A program made the translations under genes and the position numbers. From an uncultured bacterium (lineage in GTDB: Bacteria > Auribacterota > Erginobacteria > Erginobacterales > Erginobacteraceae), in assembly GCA_963822585.1 (NCBI GenBank), contig CAWGIE010000033.1, positions 64,001-128,000 on the forward strand: a stretch of 64,000 nucleotides of DNA. The letters run 5' to 3'. How positions within the stretch are numbered: position 1 is the first letter of the stretch; each line of letters begins with the position of its first letter. The notes under the pieces are model-generated. The model did no database searches and was not told the origin of the DNA. It was given only the letters and a program-made list of their open reading frames with translations. Below are positions 19,671-30,131 of the stretch, one piece after another.

Positions 19671-22041
19671 ATGCGTCTAAAAGGGATTTATCTTGTTGCC
19701 GCCTTCCTGATTATTCTCCTGACGTGCTTTACGCGCCCGGCGGCAGCAGAGAATCTGCGGTTGGTCTGGGCTGACTATGAGCAGCCCGGGAACCCGATCT
19801 ATCTCAGCCAATCGGGAGAGAAAGGGTGGGAAACGGAGGCATTCCCGCCGGCGGCTTCTTTTACCGCCAACTATGCCCCCTGCCTGGGGATCGCTCCCGA
19901 CAACGTCTCCTGGATGGTCTGGGCCGCCCGCCACAGATGAGGAGGTCCCCGGCATCTACTGGAGCCGGATGTCCGGCGGCTCCTGGAGCCAACCCCGGCG
20001 CGTTGACGAGGATTCCTACCCGCTGGGATTCCACCCCGACGATCGCCTTCGACCGGGACGGAAACCCGGCCGTCGCCTGGTCCGGCGGCCGATGGGCGGA
20101 AGCACCGAGATCTTCTGCGCGCGCTGGGACGGCGACGGGTTCGGCCTCTCCGTCATGGTGAGCACCCCCGATGGGTCCCCGGACAGCAACCCCGCGATCG
20201 CGCCGGATGGGGAGGATGGGTTCCTGATCGGTCTGGGAAGGATGGGTCGACGGATATTCCCAAATCTTCCGAAGCCGCCTCACCGGGGGAGAGTGGACGC
20301 CGGAAGAGACGGTGGCCCCGTCCGCCGGGACCGACCAGATTCTCCCCGCGGCCGAGACCAGCATCATAACCTGGCTGGAAGACGGAGAGACGGTCACCGA
20401 CGAAGCCGGCACCCTCCGGCGGGGAGAGACGAACCCGAGCCTGAAGGCTGCTCTCTCGGAAGCAGGACTACCCGACACGGGGGGCCAGGGGATGGCTTAT
20501 CGACGGAACCGGGAGAGCTTACCGCTACCGGACACTCTTCCCCCTTCTTCCGGAGGAAGAGCGGCGCCGGCCTGCCGCGGCGGGGAAGCGTCACCAACTA
20601 CTATATCGGCTACGGGGACAGCATCACCTACGGACATGACAACGATAAATCCGATACCAGCGGCTGGTACGGGTCGCTTCTGGCCGGCATGCTCCCCGCG
20701 CTCTTTCCCGGTCAGAGCTTCTATTTCTACAACGAGGGATACCCGGCCGCCGAATGCCAGCGACCTCTTGAACGGTCCCGGGCATCTATCCGACTGGCCT
20801 GTGTCCCGGCATCAACACGATCCTCGGCAGGTATCCCGCCGCCAGCAAAATTCTGATCATGGGGGGAACCAACGACGTCAATCATGGGGTTAAATCCAAG
20901 CCACCAGCAGCTACTACCTTGAGCAGATGGTCGATCGGGCGCGGGACAAGGCGTGGAGCCGATCCTGGGGACGATCATCCCTAGCAATAAAAACAGCTCG
21001 GCATTTGTCGACTCATGGGATCTCAGCGAGAATTATATCGTGCCGCTGGCAGCGCAAAAGGGTTGCCCGTTAGGCGATCCCTATGGCGTCTACATATATT
21101 ACTATAACAACAATCGTGACTATTACTGGTCTCTATACGATTCAAAAGACTACGTTCACCCGAAGTGGCCCCAGGGGGACCAGGAGATCGCCAACGGGTG
21201 GCTTACCGCCTTCACCACCCCGACCGTGGTTCCTCCCACCCCGACACCGACGCCGGCGACGCTGATCCTGGACTCGGGGGACTATAACGGCGACTCCACC
21301 TCCGATATCGCCGTTTTTCGGAAAAGCTCCGGCCTCTGGGCGGTCCGGGGGATAACTCGGGCTTATTTCGGCGCAAGTTCCGATATCCCGGCCTCCGGCG
21401 ACTTCGACGGCGACGGGACCACCGACCTCGCCGTCGTCCGCACCGCTTCCGGCCTCTGGGCGGTCAAGGGGATCACCCGGACCTACTTCGGCGGGAGTTC
21501 CGATATCCCGGCCCCCGGCGACTATGACGGTAACGGAACCTGCGACGTCGGGATCTACCGGGGAAGCAACGGTCTCTGGGCGGTCAAGGGTATCACCCGG
21601 GCCTACTTCGGCTCCGGAGCCGACCTGCCGGCACCCGTCTACGGTTCGGGACGCGCACTGCCGAAGAATATGGGCATCTTCCGTCCCGGCAGCGGCCTCT
21701 GGGCGATCCGGGGGGTAACCCGGGTGTACTTCGGCGCTAGTTCCGATCAGCCGGTCCCGGCCAACTACTCGGAGACGCCGGACAGCCTTGACCTCGGGAT
21801 CTTTCGGCCCTCATCAGGCCTCTGGGCGGTGCGGGGCATGACTCGATTCTATTACGGATCGACCAACGACCGGCCGGTGCCTGGCAACTATACCGGGTTC
21901 ATCCCGGCCGACGCCGGGATTTTCCGGCCCTCCTCGGGTCTCTGGGCGATCAAGGGCGTGACCCGGGTGTATTTCGGAGGCAGTGCCGACATCCCGGTCG
22001 CTGCTCTCTCCATCAACCCCTCCAGCGCCGCGATCCCCTGA
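19671..22041 (+). CDS. Secreted protein: beta-propeller + SGNH/GDSL hydrolase + PT linker + FG-GAP/VCBS-like module (several frameshifts)
   Basis: Signal peptide MRLKGIYLVAAFLIILL..AAA; YIGYGDSITYG, YNEGYP, ILIMGGTND, DYVHP; PPTPTPTP; C-terminal repeats. Confidence 0.7.
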
Positions 22042-22090
22042 TCTTTTCCGCCACCAAGGCACCAAGACACCAAGAGATTGTTTCCTGGTT

Positions 22091-22310
22091 CCGTTCGACG
22101 TTGAGCGTTGAACGTTCGATGTTCGATGTTTAGTTTTTCTTTCCCCCGTCTCGCCCTCTTTTGAGTCCACGAATTACACGAATTGACACTAACTCTTTCC
22201 CCATGCCTCACACCCGCATTGAACTTCCAATTTCCAACGGCCAACTGCCCATTACCAACCAGGGGCGCCTGTGTTTGGAAATTGGTTTTTGGAGATTGGG
22301 TATTGGGCAT
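22091..22310. repeat. Stack of short-period repeats (CGTTGA/CGTTCGA 7-mers, CACGAATT 9-mers, CCAA../..TTGG inverted 7-mers)
   Basis: CGTTCGACGTTGAGCGTTGAACGTTCGATGTTCG; CACGAATTACACGAATTGACAC; TTCCAATTTCCAAC..TTGGAAATTGG; the CGTT 7-mer family recurs at 24893-24953 and 19441-19477. Confidence 0.7.
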
Positions 22311-22461
22311 TCATCTCCTGCTACCCATGTCCTGACCAAAACCCGGGCGCTCTGCTTTCTGCGCTTTGCGCCTCTATATTTATCTTCTTGATTCCGGAAG
22401 GTAAATCTGGCAGATTTGTCACTTCATTTAACAATGCAGTCTCATTAACAGGAGGCAATTC

Positions 22462-24852
22462 ATGAATATCAGAAAACTGTTTTCGGCGGCCGTCTTACTG
22501 GTTGTCCCGGTTCTGCTTCACCCTTTTTCTTGGGCCACGGCGGAAGATATGTGGCTGGTCTGGTCGGACTACAGTCAAGACGGCAACCCGGTAGGGATCA
22601 GTCATCTTACGCAGGGTGAATGGCGGACGGAAAAATTCTCACCCGGAGAGGCTTTCGACGCCAATTTCTCCCCGGCCCTCGGACTCGATAATACGGGAGA
22701 CCTCTGGGTGGTCTGGGCGCGCCGACCGGGATGGTGGTATCCCCGCCATCTACTGGAGCCGCCGCGACGGCGGTTCCTGGAGCGAGCCGAGGCGGGTCGA
22801 CGCGGAGAGTGCCCGTTGGGAGTGCGCGCCGGCGATCGCCTTTGATCAGAGCGGAAACCCGGTCGTCGCCTGGTCGGGCGTCGATGGAGAAAGCACGGAG
22901 ATCTTCTGCGCCCAATGGTCCGGGGACGGTTTCGGCGAAGCACACCGGGTGAGCGCCCCCGATGATTCGCCCGACGGGAAACCCGCTCTGGCCATCGGAG
23001 CCGGCGGTGAACCGACCGTGGTCTGGGAAGGCTGGCAGGACGGGCGCGCCCGGATTTTCCAAAGCAATCGTTCCGCAGGGGAATGGAGCGAAGAAGCCGG
23101 GGTCGGTCCCGATTCCCCGGCCGACCAGATCCTTCCTTCGATCCGGCGGGACCTCGGCGGGAAATTGATCATCGAATGGCAGGAAGGGGGAAACACCATA
23201 ACCGGGGGTGAAAGCTCAGGGACATATCTGAAGAAAGACCGGAGGCGAATCTTCCCGCCCAGTTTCCTCCGGGTGCGGAGGGGAGCGACTGGATTCTTTG
23301 CCAGACCGTGCCCGGGCGCTGGGAATCATTCCGGAACCGCTTTCCCGTTCCCTCCGCCGGAGGAGAGGGCAAGAGCGCCGGTTTCGGCGCGACAGCCGCC
23401 GGTTACAGCTATATCGGCTACGGGGACAGCATCACCTATGGACACGGCAACGGTTCGGACGCCTCCAACTGGTACGGTCTACTCCTGAAAAACATGCTGC
23501 AAAATTCGCACCCGAGCAACGATTACACACTATACAATGAAGGGTATCCGGTCTCCAAGACCAGCGACCTGCTGAACGGCCCCGGATATCCATCCTACCC
23601 CTGTCCGGGGATCAACACGATTCTGAATAACCATCCCGACGCCGCTAAAATCCTGATCATGGGCGGGACCACCGACGTCAATTACAGCGTCCCTCCCTCG
23701 GAAACCAAGTATAATCTGGGACAGCTGATCGACCGCGCCCGCGGCAACGGCGTGGAGCCGATCATCTCCACTCTTATCCCCAACGCCAGTCACCTGGCGC
23801 GATGGAGCCGCGACCTCGGAACTGGACCTCAATTACATCGTTCCGCTCGCCCAGGAAAAATCCTGCGCGCTCGCCGATCCCTGGGAGATCTATATTTATT
23901 ACTATGACGCCAACCCGGATTATTTCTGGTCCAGTCTTTACGGATACCCGGGGCCCCAATATGACGGCGTCCATCCCCTCTGGTCGGACGGAGATCAGAA
24001 AATCGCCGACGCCTGGTACGCGGCCCTGGCTACCCCCACCCCGACACCGACGCCGGCGACGCTGATGCTGGACTCGGGGGACTATAACGGCGACTCCACC
24101 TCCGATATCGCCATCTTCCGGAAAAGCTCCGGCCTCTGGGCAGTCCGAGGGATTACCCGGACTTATTTCGGCGGAAGTTCCGATATCCCGGCCTCCGGGG
24201 ACTTCGACGGCGACGGGACCACCGACCTCGCCGTCGTCCGCACCGCTTCCGGCCTCTGGGCGGTCAAGGGGATCACCCGGACCTACTTCGGCGGGAGTTC
24301 CGATATCCCGGCCCCCGGCGACTATGACGGCAACGGAACCTGCGACGTCGGGATCTACCGGGGAAGCAACGGTCTCTGGGCGCTCAAGGGTATGACGCGG
24401 GTCTACTTCGGAAGCGGAGCCGATCTGCCGGCACCCGGTCTACGGTTCGGGACGGGCGGAGCTGCCGAAGAATATGGGCATATTCCGTGCCGAATAGCGG
24501 CCTCTGGGCGATCAAGGGGGTAACCCGGATGTACTTCGGAAATAGCGGCGATCAACCGGTCCCGGCCAACTACTCGGAGACGCCGGACAGCCTCGATCTC
24601 GGGATCTTTCGGTCCTCATCGGGCATCTGGGCGATGCGGGGCATGACTCGGATTCTACTTACGGATCGAGCCAAGGACCGGCCGGTGATCTGGCAACTAC
24701 ACCGGATTTATCCCGGCCGACGCCGGGATTTTCCGGCCCGCCAGCGGGTCTCTGGGCGATCAAGGGCGTGACCCGGGTGTACTTCGGAGTGAAGCTCCGA
24801 TCTCCCGGTCTCCGGACTTTCCATCAACCCCTCCAGCGCGGCTGTTCCCTGA
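22462..24852 (+). CDS. Secreted beta-propeller + SGNH hydrolase + FG-GAP/VCBS-like module, paralog 2 (several frameshifts)
   Basis: SD AGGAGG; signal peptide; YIGYGDSITYG, NEGYP, MGGTTD, DGVHP; C-module nearly identical to 21260-22041. Confidence 0.7.
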
Positions 24853-24973
24853 ATATTTTTGACAGGACGATTATACGACAGGACGATTTACTTGGATGTT
24901 GAACGTTCGACGTTGGACGTTCGAAGTTGAACGTTCGACGTTGAGCGTTGAGCTTTCCTTCCTCCTCCCCCCG

Positions 24974-25002
24974 TTGACACCCCTGCTTTATAATCGTATT
25001 AT
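24974..25002 (+). promoter_or_regulatory. Sigma70-type promoter, probably for a leaderless mRNA
   Basis: TTGACA(24974-79)-17 bp-TATTAT(24997-25002); GTG start at 25009 after a 6-nt gap; same geometry as 19636. Confidence 0.7.
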
Positions 25003-25008
25003 TGCTCC

Positions 25009-27471
25009 GTGCGCCTGTTGCAAATACAACCGATCGTGTGGCTTTTGACCGCGGTCTTTCTTCTCTCATCCTCGACGGCGGCAACGGCGGAGAACCAGCG
25101 GATGATCTGGGCTGACGATGAGCAGCCCGGAAACCCGATCTTTCTCAGCCGGGCGGGAGAGGAAAGCTGGGAGACGGAGGCGTTCCCGCCGTCTGCTTCC
25201 TTCGCCGCCAACTACGCCCCCTGCCCGGGGATCGGCTCCTGAGGGCGCGTCTGTGGGTGGTCTGGGCCGCCCGCGGGGACGAGGAGGTCTCGGGCATTTA
25301 TTGGAGCAGCCGGGCCGGTGGTTCCTGGAGCAATCCCCGGCGGGTCGACGAGGATATCTCCCGCTGGGAGGCCGCCCCGTCGATCGTCTTCGACCGGGAT
25401 GGGAACCCGGCCGTCGTCTGGTCCGCCGTCGTGGGCGGGAGCACCGAGATCTTCTGCGCCGGTGGGACGGCGACGGCTTCGACTCCCCGTCCTGGTGAGC
25501 GCTCCCGATGGGTCCCCCGACGGCAACCCCTTTATCGCGCCGGACGGGGAAGGAGGTCTTCTCGTAGTCTGGGAAGGGTGGGTTGACGGACGTGCCCAGG
25601 TCTTCCGGAGCCGTCTCGTTTCCGGTGAGTGGACAGCCGAGGAAAGGGTCGATCCCCGGCCGGAGAGCGACCAGATTTTCCCGAGAGCCCGGGAAACCGG
25701 GTTCGGCCGGACCGAGATTTCCTGGCGGGAAGATGGGGAGAACGTAACCGCGGAGGACGGGAAGACGGTCCGGGGGACCGCGGACTCCGGACCGACGAAA
25801 GCTCTCTCCGGGGCTCCCTATCCAAACGGTGCGGCCTGGCTCCTCTGTGAAAACGGTGACGGCAGCGGGAGCGCGTACCGGTACCGGGACCTCCTTTCTC
25901 CTCTTCCGGAGGATAAAACGACAGAGGTTCCCCTCCGGGGAAGCGCCTCCGAACACTACATCGGCTACGGGGACAGCATCACCTATGGACACGACAGCGG
26001 TTCCGACACCGGCGGGTGGTACGGATCACTCCTGGCCGCGATGCTGCCCTCTCTCTATCCCGGCCTGAATTTTTATTTTTACAACGAAGGCTACCCGGGG
26101 GCGGAAACACACGATCTTCTTCTGGGAGGAGGCGCCTGGGGCTGCCCCGGCATCAATACGGTCATCGACAACCATCCCGACGCCACAAAAATCCTCATCA
26201 TGGGGGGGACCAATGACGTCGATCACGGAATCCCCCCCCCTACTATCCAGTTTAACCTGAGTGAGATGGTAGACCGGGCACGGGCAAAGGGGGTGGCACC
26301 TCTCCTGGGAACAATTATCCCCAGCAATAAAGACACTCCCGCTTTTCTGGGCTCCTGGCAGCTCAGCACCTATTACATCCCGCCCCTGGCGGACGCAAAG
26401 GGATGTCCTCTGGCCAATCCCTATGAGCGATACATGTATTACTATCAGCTTCCCGATCCATACCACGCCGCTTACTGGAATCTTTATCTAGGAGACGGGA
26501 TCCACCCCGCCTGGCCCCAGGGCGACCAGGAGATCGCCAATGCCTGGTTTCCCGCTTCGGCACCACCCCCACCCCCCGGCCCTCCCCCACCCCCCTGATC
26601 CCGGTCCTCGATTCCGGCGATTATAACGGGGACGGTACCGCCGAGATCGCCCTCTTTCCGTTCCGCGAACGGGCTCTGGGCGATCCGAGGGATCACCCGG
26701 GTCTATTTCGGCCGATCCGGGGATATCCCCGTCGCGGGGGACTACACCGGGTCGGGGAGATGCAACTTCGGGATTTTCCGGCCCGCCAGCGGCCTCTGGG
26801 CGATCAAGAACGTCACCCGGGTTTACTATGGGCATTCCGGCGACATCCCGGTCCCGGGGGACTATAACGGAGCGGGACGCTGTAATTTAGGCATATTCCG
26901 TTCCGGCCTCTGGGCGATCATGAACGTCACTCGGGTTTATTACGGTCAGGCCGGGGACATCCCGGTCCCCGGGTATTATCGGGGTGAGGCGGCAAAAGAT
27001 ATCGCCGTCTTCCGGGCTTCGACCGGGTTCTGGGGCATCCGCGGGGTAAGCCGGATCTACTTCGGAACGGGGAAAGCACTGCCGGTCCCGGAAACATACG
27101 GGAACGGGCACGACTGGCAGGAAGCGATCTTCCGGGGGCCCACTTCGCTCTGGGCGATCCGGAGCCTGACGCGGCTCTATTTCGGGGGGAGCGGAGGACC
27201 GGGCGGTCCCGGCCGACTTTACCGGAACGGGGAGATGCAATTACGGGATCTTCCGGGAGCAGAGCGGCCTCTGGGGGATCAAAAACGTCACCCGGATCTA
27301 TTTCGGAGCTCCCGGAGACATCCCTTTGCCCGGGCGGGTTCCGTATTATCCCACGCCACCTCCTCTGCCCCCGACACCCCCTTCACCGCCCGTGCCCGCC
27401 ACTCCAACCCCCAGTCCGTCAGTGTCACCGACACCGGTTTAACCTCCCTAAACGCATTACATCGGGAATAA
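25009..27471 (+). CDS. Secreted beta-propeller + SGNH hydrolase + FG-GAP/VCBS-like module, paralog 3 (several frameshifts; end approximate)
   Basis: YIGYGDSITYG, NEGYPG, MGGTND, GDGIHP; Pro-rich linker; LDSGDYNGD repeats; Pro-rich tail. Confidence 0.7.
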
Positions 27472-27547
27472 CTGAGCGCTTGTGGCGCTAAGTTTTTGTT
27501 TTGGCAAAGTACGGGGATTAAAAGAATGGATTAATTATCCTCAAAGT

Positions 27548-27675
27548 GGATATCAGGTTATCAGCATATCAGTGGGAAGAATACCGGGATATCAGGTTAT
27601 CAGGAAGGGCGCCCGGCCGGTCTGGTCTGCTGGTATTCTGTTACCCTTCCTACTGATCCCCTGATTTTCTGATAC
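27548..27675. repeat. ATCAG-type inverted-repeat element, copy 2
   Basis: GGATATCAGGTTATCAGCATATCAGTGGG...CTGATTTTCTGAT aligns with the reverse complement of 1024-1151. Confidence 0.8.
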
Positions 27676-27758
27676 GCGATTGTTGAGTGTTTTTACAGTT
27701 TTTGAAATTCAGAATAAAAGCTAACCCCCTATCTCCTTTTATCCCCGTCAATAACCTG

Positions 27759-27820
27759 TACCTGTCTATCGTACCGCCGTTTGATGTCATAATAAATCAG
27801 CTCACTGCGTAAATGTATGT
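27759..27820. repeat. Degenerate direct repeat, right copy (orphan gene-start remnant MTSNGGTIDRY on the minus strand)
   Basis: TACCTGTCTATCGTACCGCCGTTTGA..CAT..ACTGCGTAAATG matches 14313-14366. Confidence 0.8.
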
Positions 27821-28019
27821 TTTGAAAAATGACCAGGATAATTCCATCGAGGCAACACAGTCAAAAGACTACTTTTCTACTTCAGCCGACATCGAACTCC
27901 AACTATAATAATGTATATAGTGGCCTGAGGTATGTATTTCTTATTTTTCCTCCCCCGATTAATACTTCGGGGCGGGGCGGAAAAATAAGAATATTGAAAT
28001 TACAATACAAGCTAATCCC

Positions 28020-28475
28020 TTATCGTCTTTTGTCCGCCGCAATCACTCCCTGCAGGTACTCGACGTACTTCTTCGCCCCGCCCGCCCGGTACCCGGTCTG
28101 GACCACGGTCCTCCCGTCCGGACTGAGAATGAGGATTGTGGGAAACCCCCTGATGCCGAATTTCTTATTCAATTGTTCGTTCTGTTCACTTAGCTGACGG
28201 GGCAGCCGCTTAGATTTCGGAAAATCAAGTTCCACGCAGACCAGGTTCTCCCGGGCAAACCGCTTGAACTCGTATTTGTCGAACACTTCCTTTTTCAACT
28301 TCACGCACCATCCGCACCAATCCGACCCGGTGAAATTAAGGAGCAGGTACTTGCCGTCTGCTTTTGCCCGCGCGGCCGCCGCCTCATAATTCGTTTCCCA
28401 GTCCCGGGCGCCAGCGGTTGAAACATGAATCATGCCGACCGTTAATATGATTGCCGCAATGGCGGTATATTTCAT
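28020..28475 (-). CDS. Exported thioredoxin-family protein (DsbH-like)
   Basis: Signal peptide; NFTGSDWCGWC CxxC; IRGFPTI cis-Pro motif; SD AGGAGG. Confidence 0.9.
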   Translation of the reverse strand: MKYTAIAAIILTVGMIHVSTAGARDWETNYEAAAARAKADGKYLLLNFTGSDWCGWCVKLKKEVFDKYEFKRFARENLVCVELDFPKSKRLPRQLSEQNEQLNKKFGIRGFPTILILSPDGRTVVQTGYRAGGAKKYVEYLQGVIAADKRR

Positions 28476-28498
28476 TCCTGCCTCCTCCTGGTTTTTTC

Positions 28499-29719
28499 CT
28501 AATTACGTGGCGCTTCAGCAGAAAGATCGTCGAGCAGTCGGTAGTAGCGCTGCAGGTACCGCTCGGGCGTGTATTCCTCCCGGTAAGCGCGGAGGCAGGG
28601 ATCGACGAATGACCGACGGACCTCCGGGTTTTCCATTTTCTCCATGGCAGCGACTAATTCCCCTTCGGTCGTGAACATGATGCCGGCCCCGTGATCCCGG
28701 ACCAGCTCGGGGAGAAGGCCGACATCGGAAGCGATGGCCGGGGTGCCGCAGGATTGGGCCTGGATGACCGTCTGGTTCCCCATCTCCGGCCAAACCGAAG
28801 GGGCGAGGAGGGCGAGCGCGTTCGCGTAAAGCCAATCGAGTTTATCGGGGGCGACGTAATCCAGAAAGCGGATCCGGGGGTCCCCGGCGGCCATATCCCG
28901 GAGTTCCTTCTCCATCGTACCCGTCCCCACCATCACCAGCTTCGCGTCCCCTTTTTTCTTCCGGAAGGCTTTTATCGCGACCTGGGGGCCTTTATACGGC
29001 TCAAAACGGGCCACAAAGAGAAAGAAGGGCCGGAGTCGGCCGAATTCCTTTTCCAGCACCGGGTTATCGCCGGGCGTAACGGGAGAGACAAAATAAGGGA
29101 GACAGTCCATCCTCCGCTCGAACCCTTCCTCCCGGTGTTTTTCAAGCATGAACCGGCAGGGCATAATCAGGGAATCGACCTTCGGGAGGAGCCGGTCCCG
29201 GAGTCCCGTCCAGCGCCAGAATTGGGGAGGTTTCCGGTATGACCAGAGACAGCGGACGCATTCTTTACCGTCGCAGACCTTCCTCCCCATCTTCCAGAGA
29301 TAATGAGCGGGGCAGAAGAGCCAGTAGGTGTGCTGGGTGAACAGCTTGATCCCCTTTCCCATTTCCAGAAGGGCGATGCCGCCGAAGAGGGAGATGTTAT
29401 GGTAATGGATGACGTCAAATGTCCCCTTGATGACATTTTCAATCCCTTTCCGGGAGAAGAACGGGCGCCCCGCCAGATAAGTAAGAAGGGGCTCCACCTT
29501 GCCGGTCCCGGTCGTGATCCGATGAACCGTTATCCCCGGATGATGGGGGTAGTCCCCCTCCCGCCGGGCGGCGATTTTGTAGGAATGCGCCTCCCCGGAG
29601 CAGATCACTTCCACCCGGTGCCCATCCCTGGCCAAAAGGTTGGCGAGATGATAAACGTGCAGGCCGCAACCCCCGGGATGGAAGGGGGGATAAAACGAGG
29701 TTATGAAGCAAAAGCGCAT
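28499..29719 (-). CDS. GT4 family glycosyltransferase
   Basis: TSFYPPFHPGG, FVARFEPYKG, PSVWPEMG..AQSCGTPAIASDVG. Confidence 0.9.
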   Translation of the reverse strand: MRFCFITSFYPPFHPGGCGLHVYHLANLLARDGHRVEVICSGEAHSYKIAARREGDYPHHPGITVHRITTGTGKVEPLLTYLAGRPFFSRKGIENVIKGTFDVIHYHNISLFGGIALLEMGKGIKLFTQHTYWLFCPAHYLWKMGRKVCDGKECVRCLWSYRKPPQFWRWTGLRDRLLPKVDSLIMPCRFMLEKHREEGFERRMDCLPYFVSPVTPGDNPVLEKEFGRLRPFFLFVARFEPYKGPQVAIKAFRKKKGDAKLVMVGTGTMEKELRDMAAGDPRIRFLDYVAPDKLDWLYANALALLAPSVWPEMGNQTVIQAQSCGTPAIASDVGLLPELVRDHGAGIMFTTEGELVAAMEKMENPEVRRSFVDPCLRAYREEYTPERYLQRYYRLLDDLSAEAPRN

Positions 29720-30131
29720 TTAAATTTTTGCTCCGCAAAAATTTAATTTATTCAGAAACCAAATATGATCCTCATGATGAAAACTCACAAGTACATATTA
29801 TGAGCATTATCCCTGGAAGTAAAAGGGAATCGTCCCCGCAAAAGACTCCATCGGGACCAACGCTTTGCTAATACCCACTTATGTGTTATATTTATTTTGG
29901 GAACTCTTCCACCCGATATCCCGAAAACCGCCGGATATTGTATTTCTTAAGTCATTGTATATTAAAGTATTATAATTCATAATACAAAATATACGCAAAA
30001 TCAGGGCAAAGGATTTTTGCATTTTTTTCGCATTTATTTATTGACATGAACAGCCGATTCCTCAATATGGAGCGTTTTACTCTTCCTCACAGTCTCTATT
30101 TCACCCCGAGAACCTTCTCAAAGGACCCGAG

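Noticed and set aside
19671..27471. Phase variation or programmed frameshifting in the secreted proteins
   Set aside because: Indels occur at different positions in each paralog and throughout unrelated genes, consistent with unpolished long reads; true pseudogenisation cannot be excluded.
27765..27780. GGCGGTAC on the minus strand as an ops/JUMPStart element
   Set aside because: Better explained as Gly-Gly-Thr codons of the duplicated gene start.
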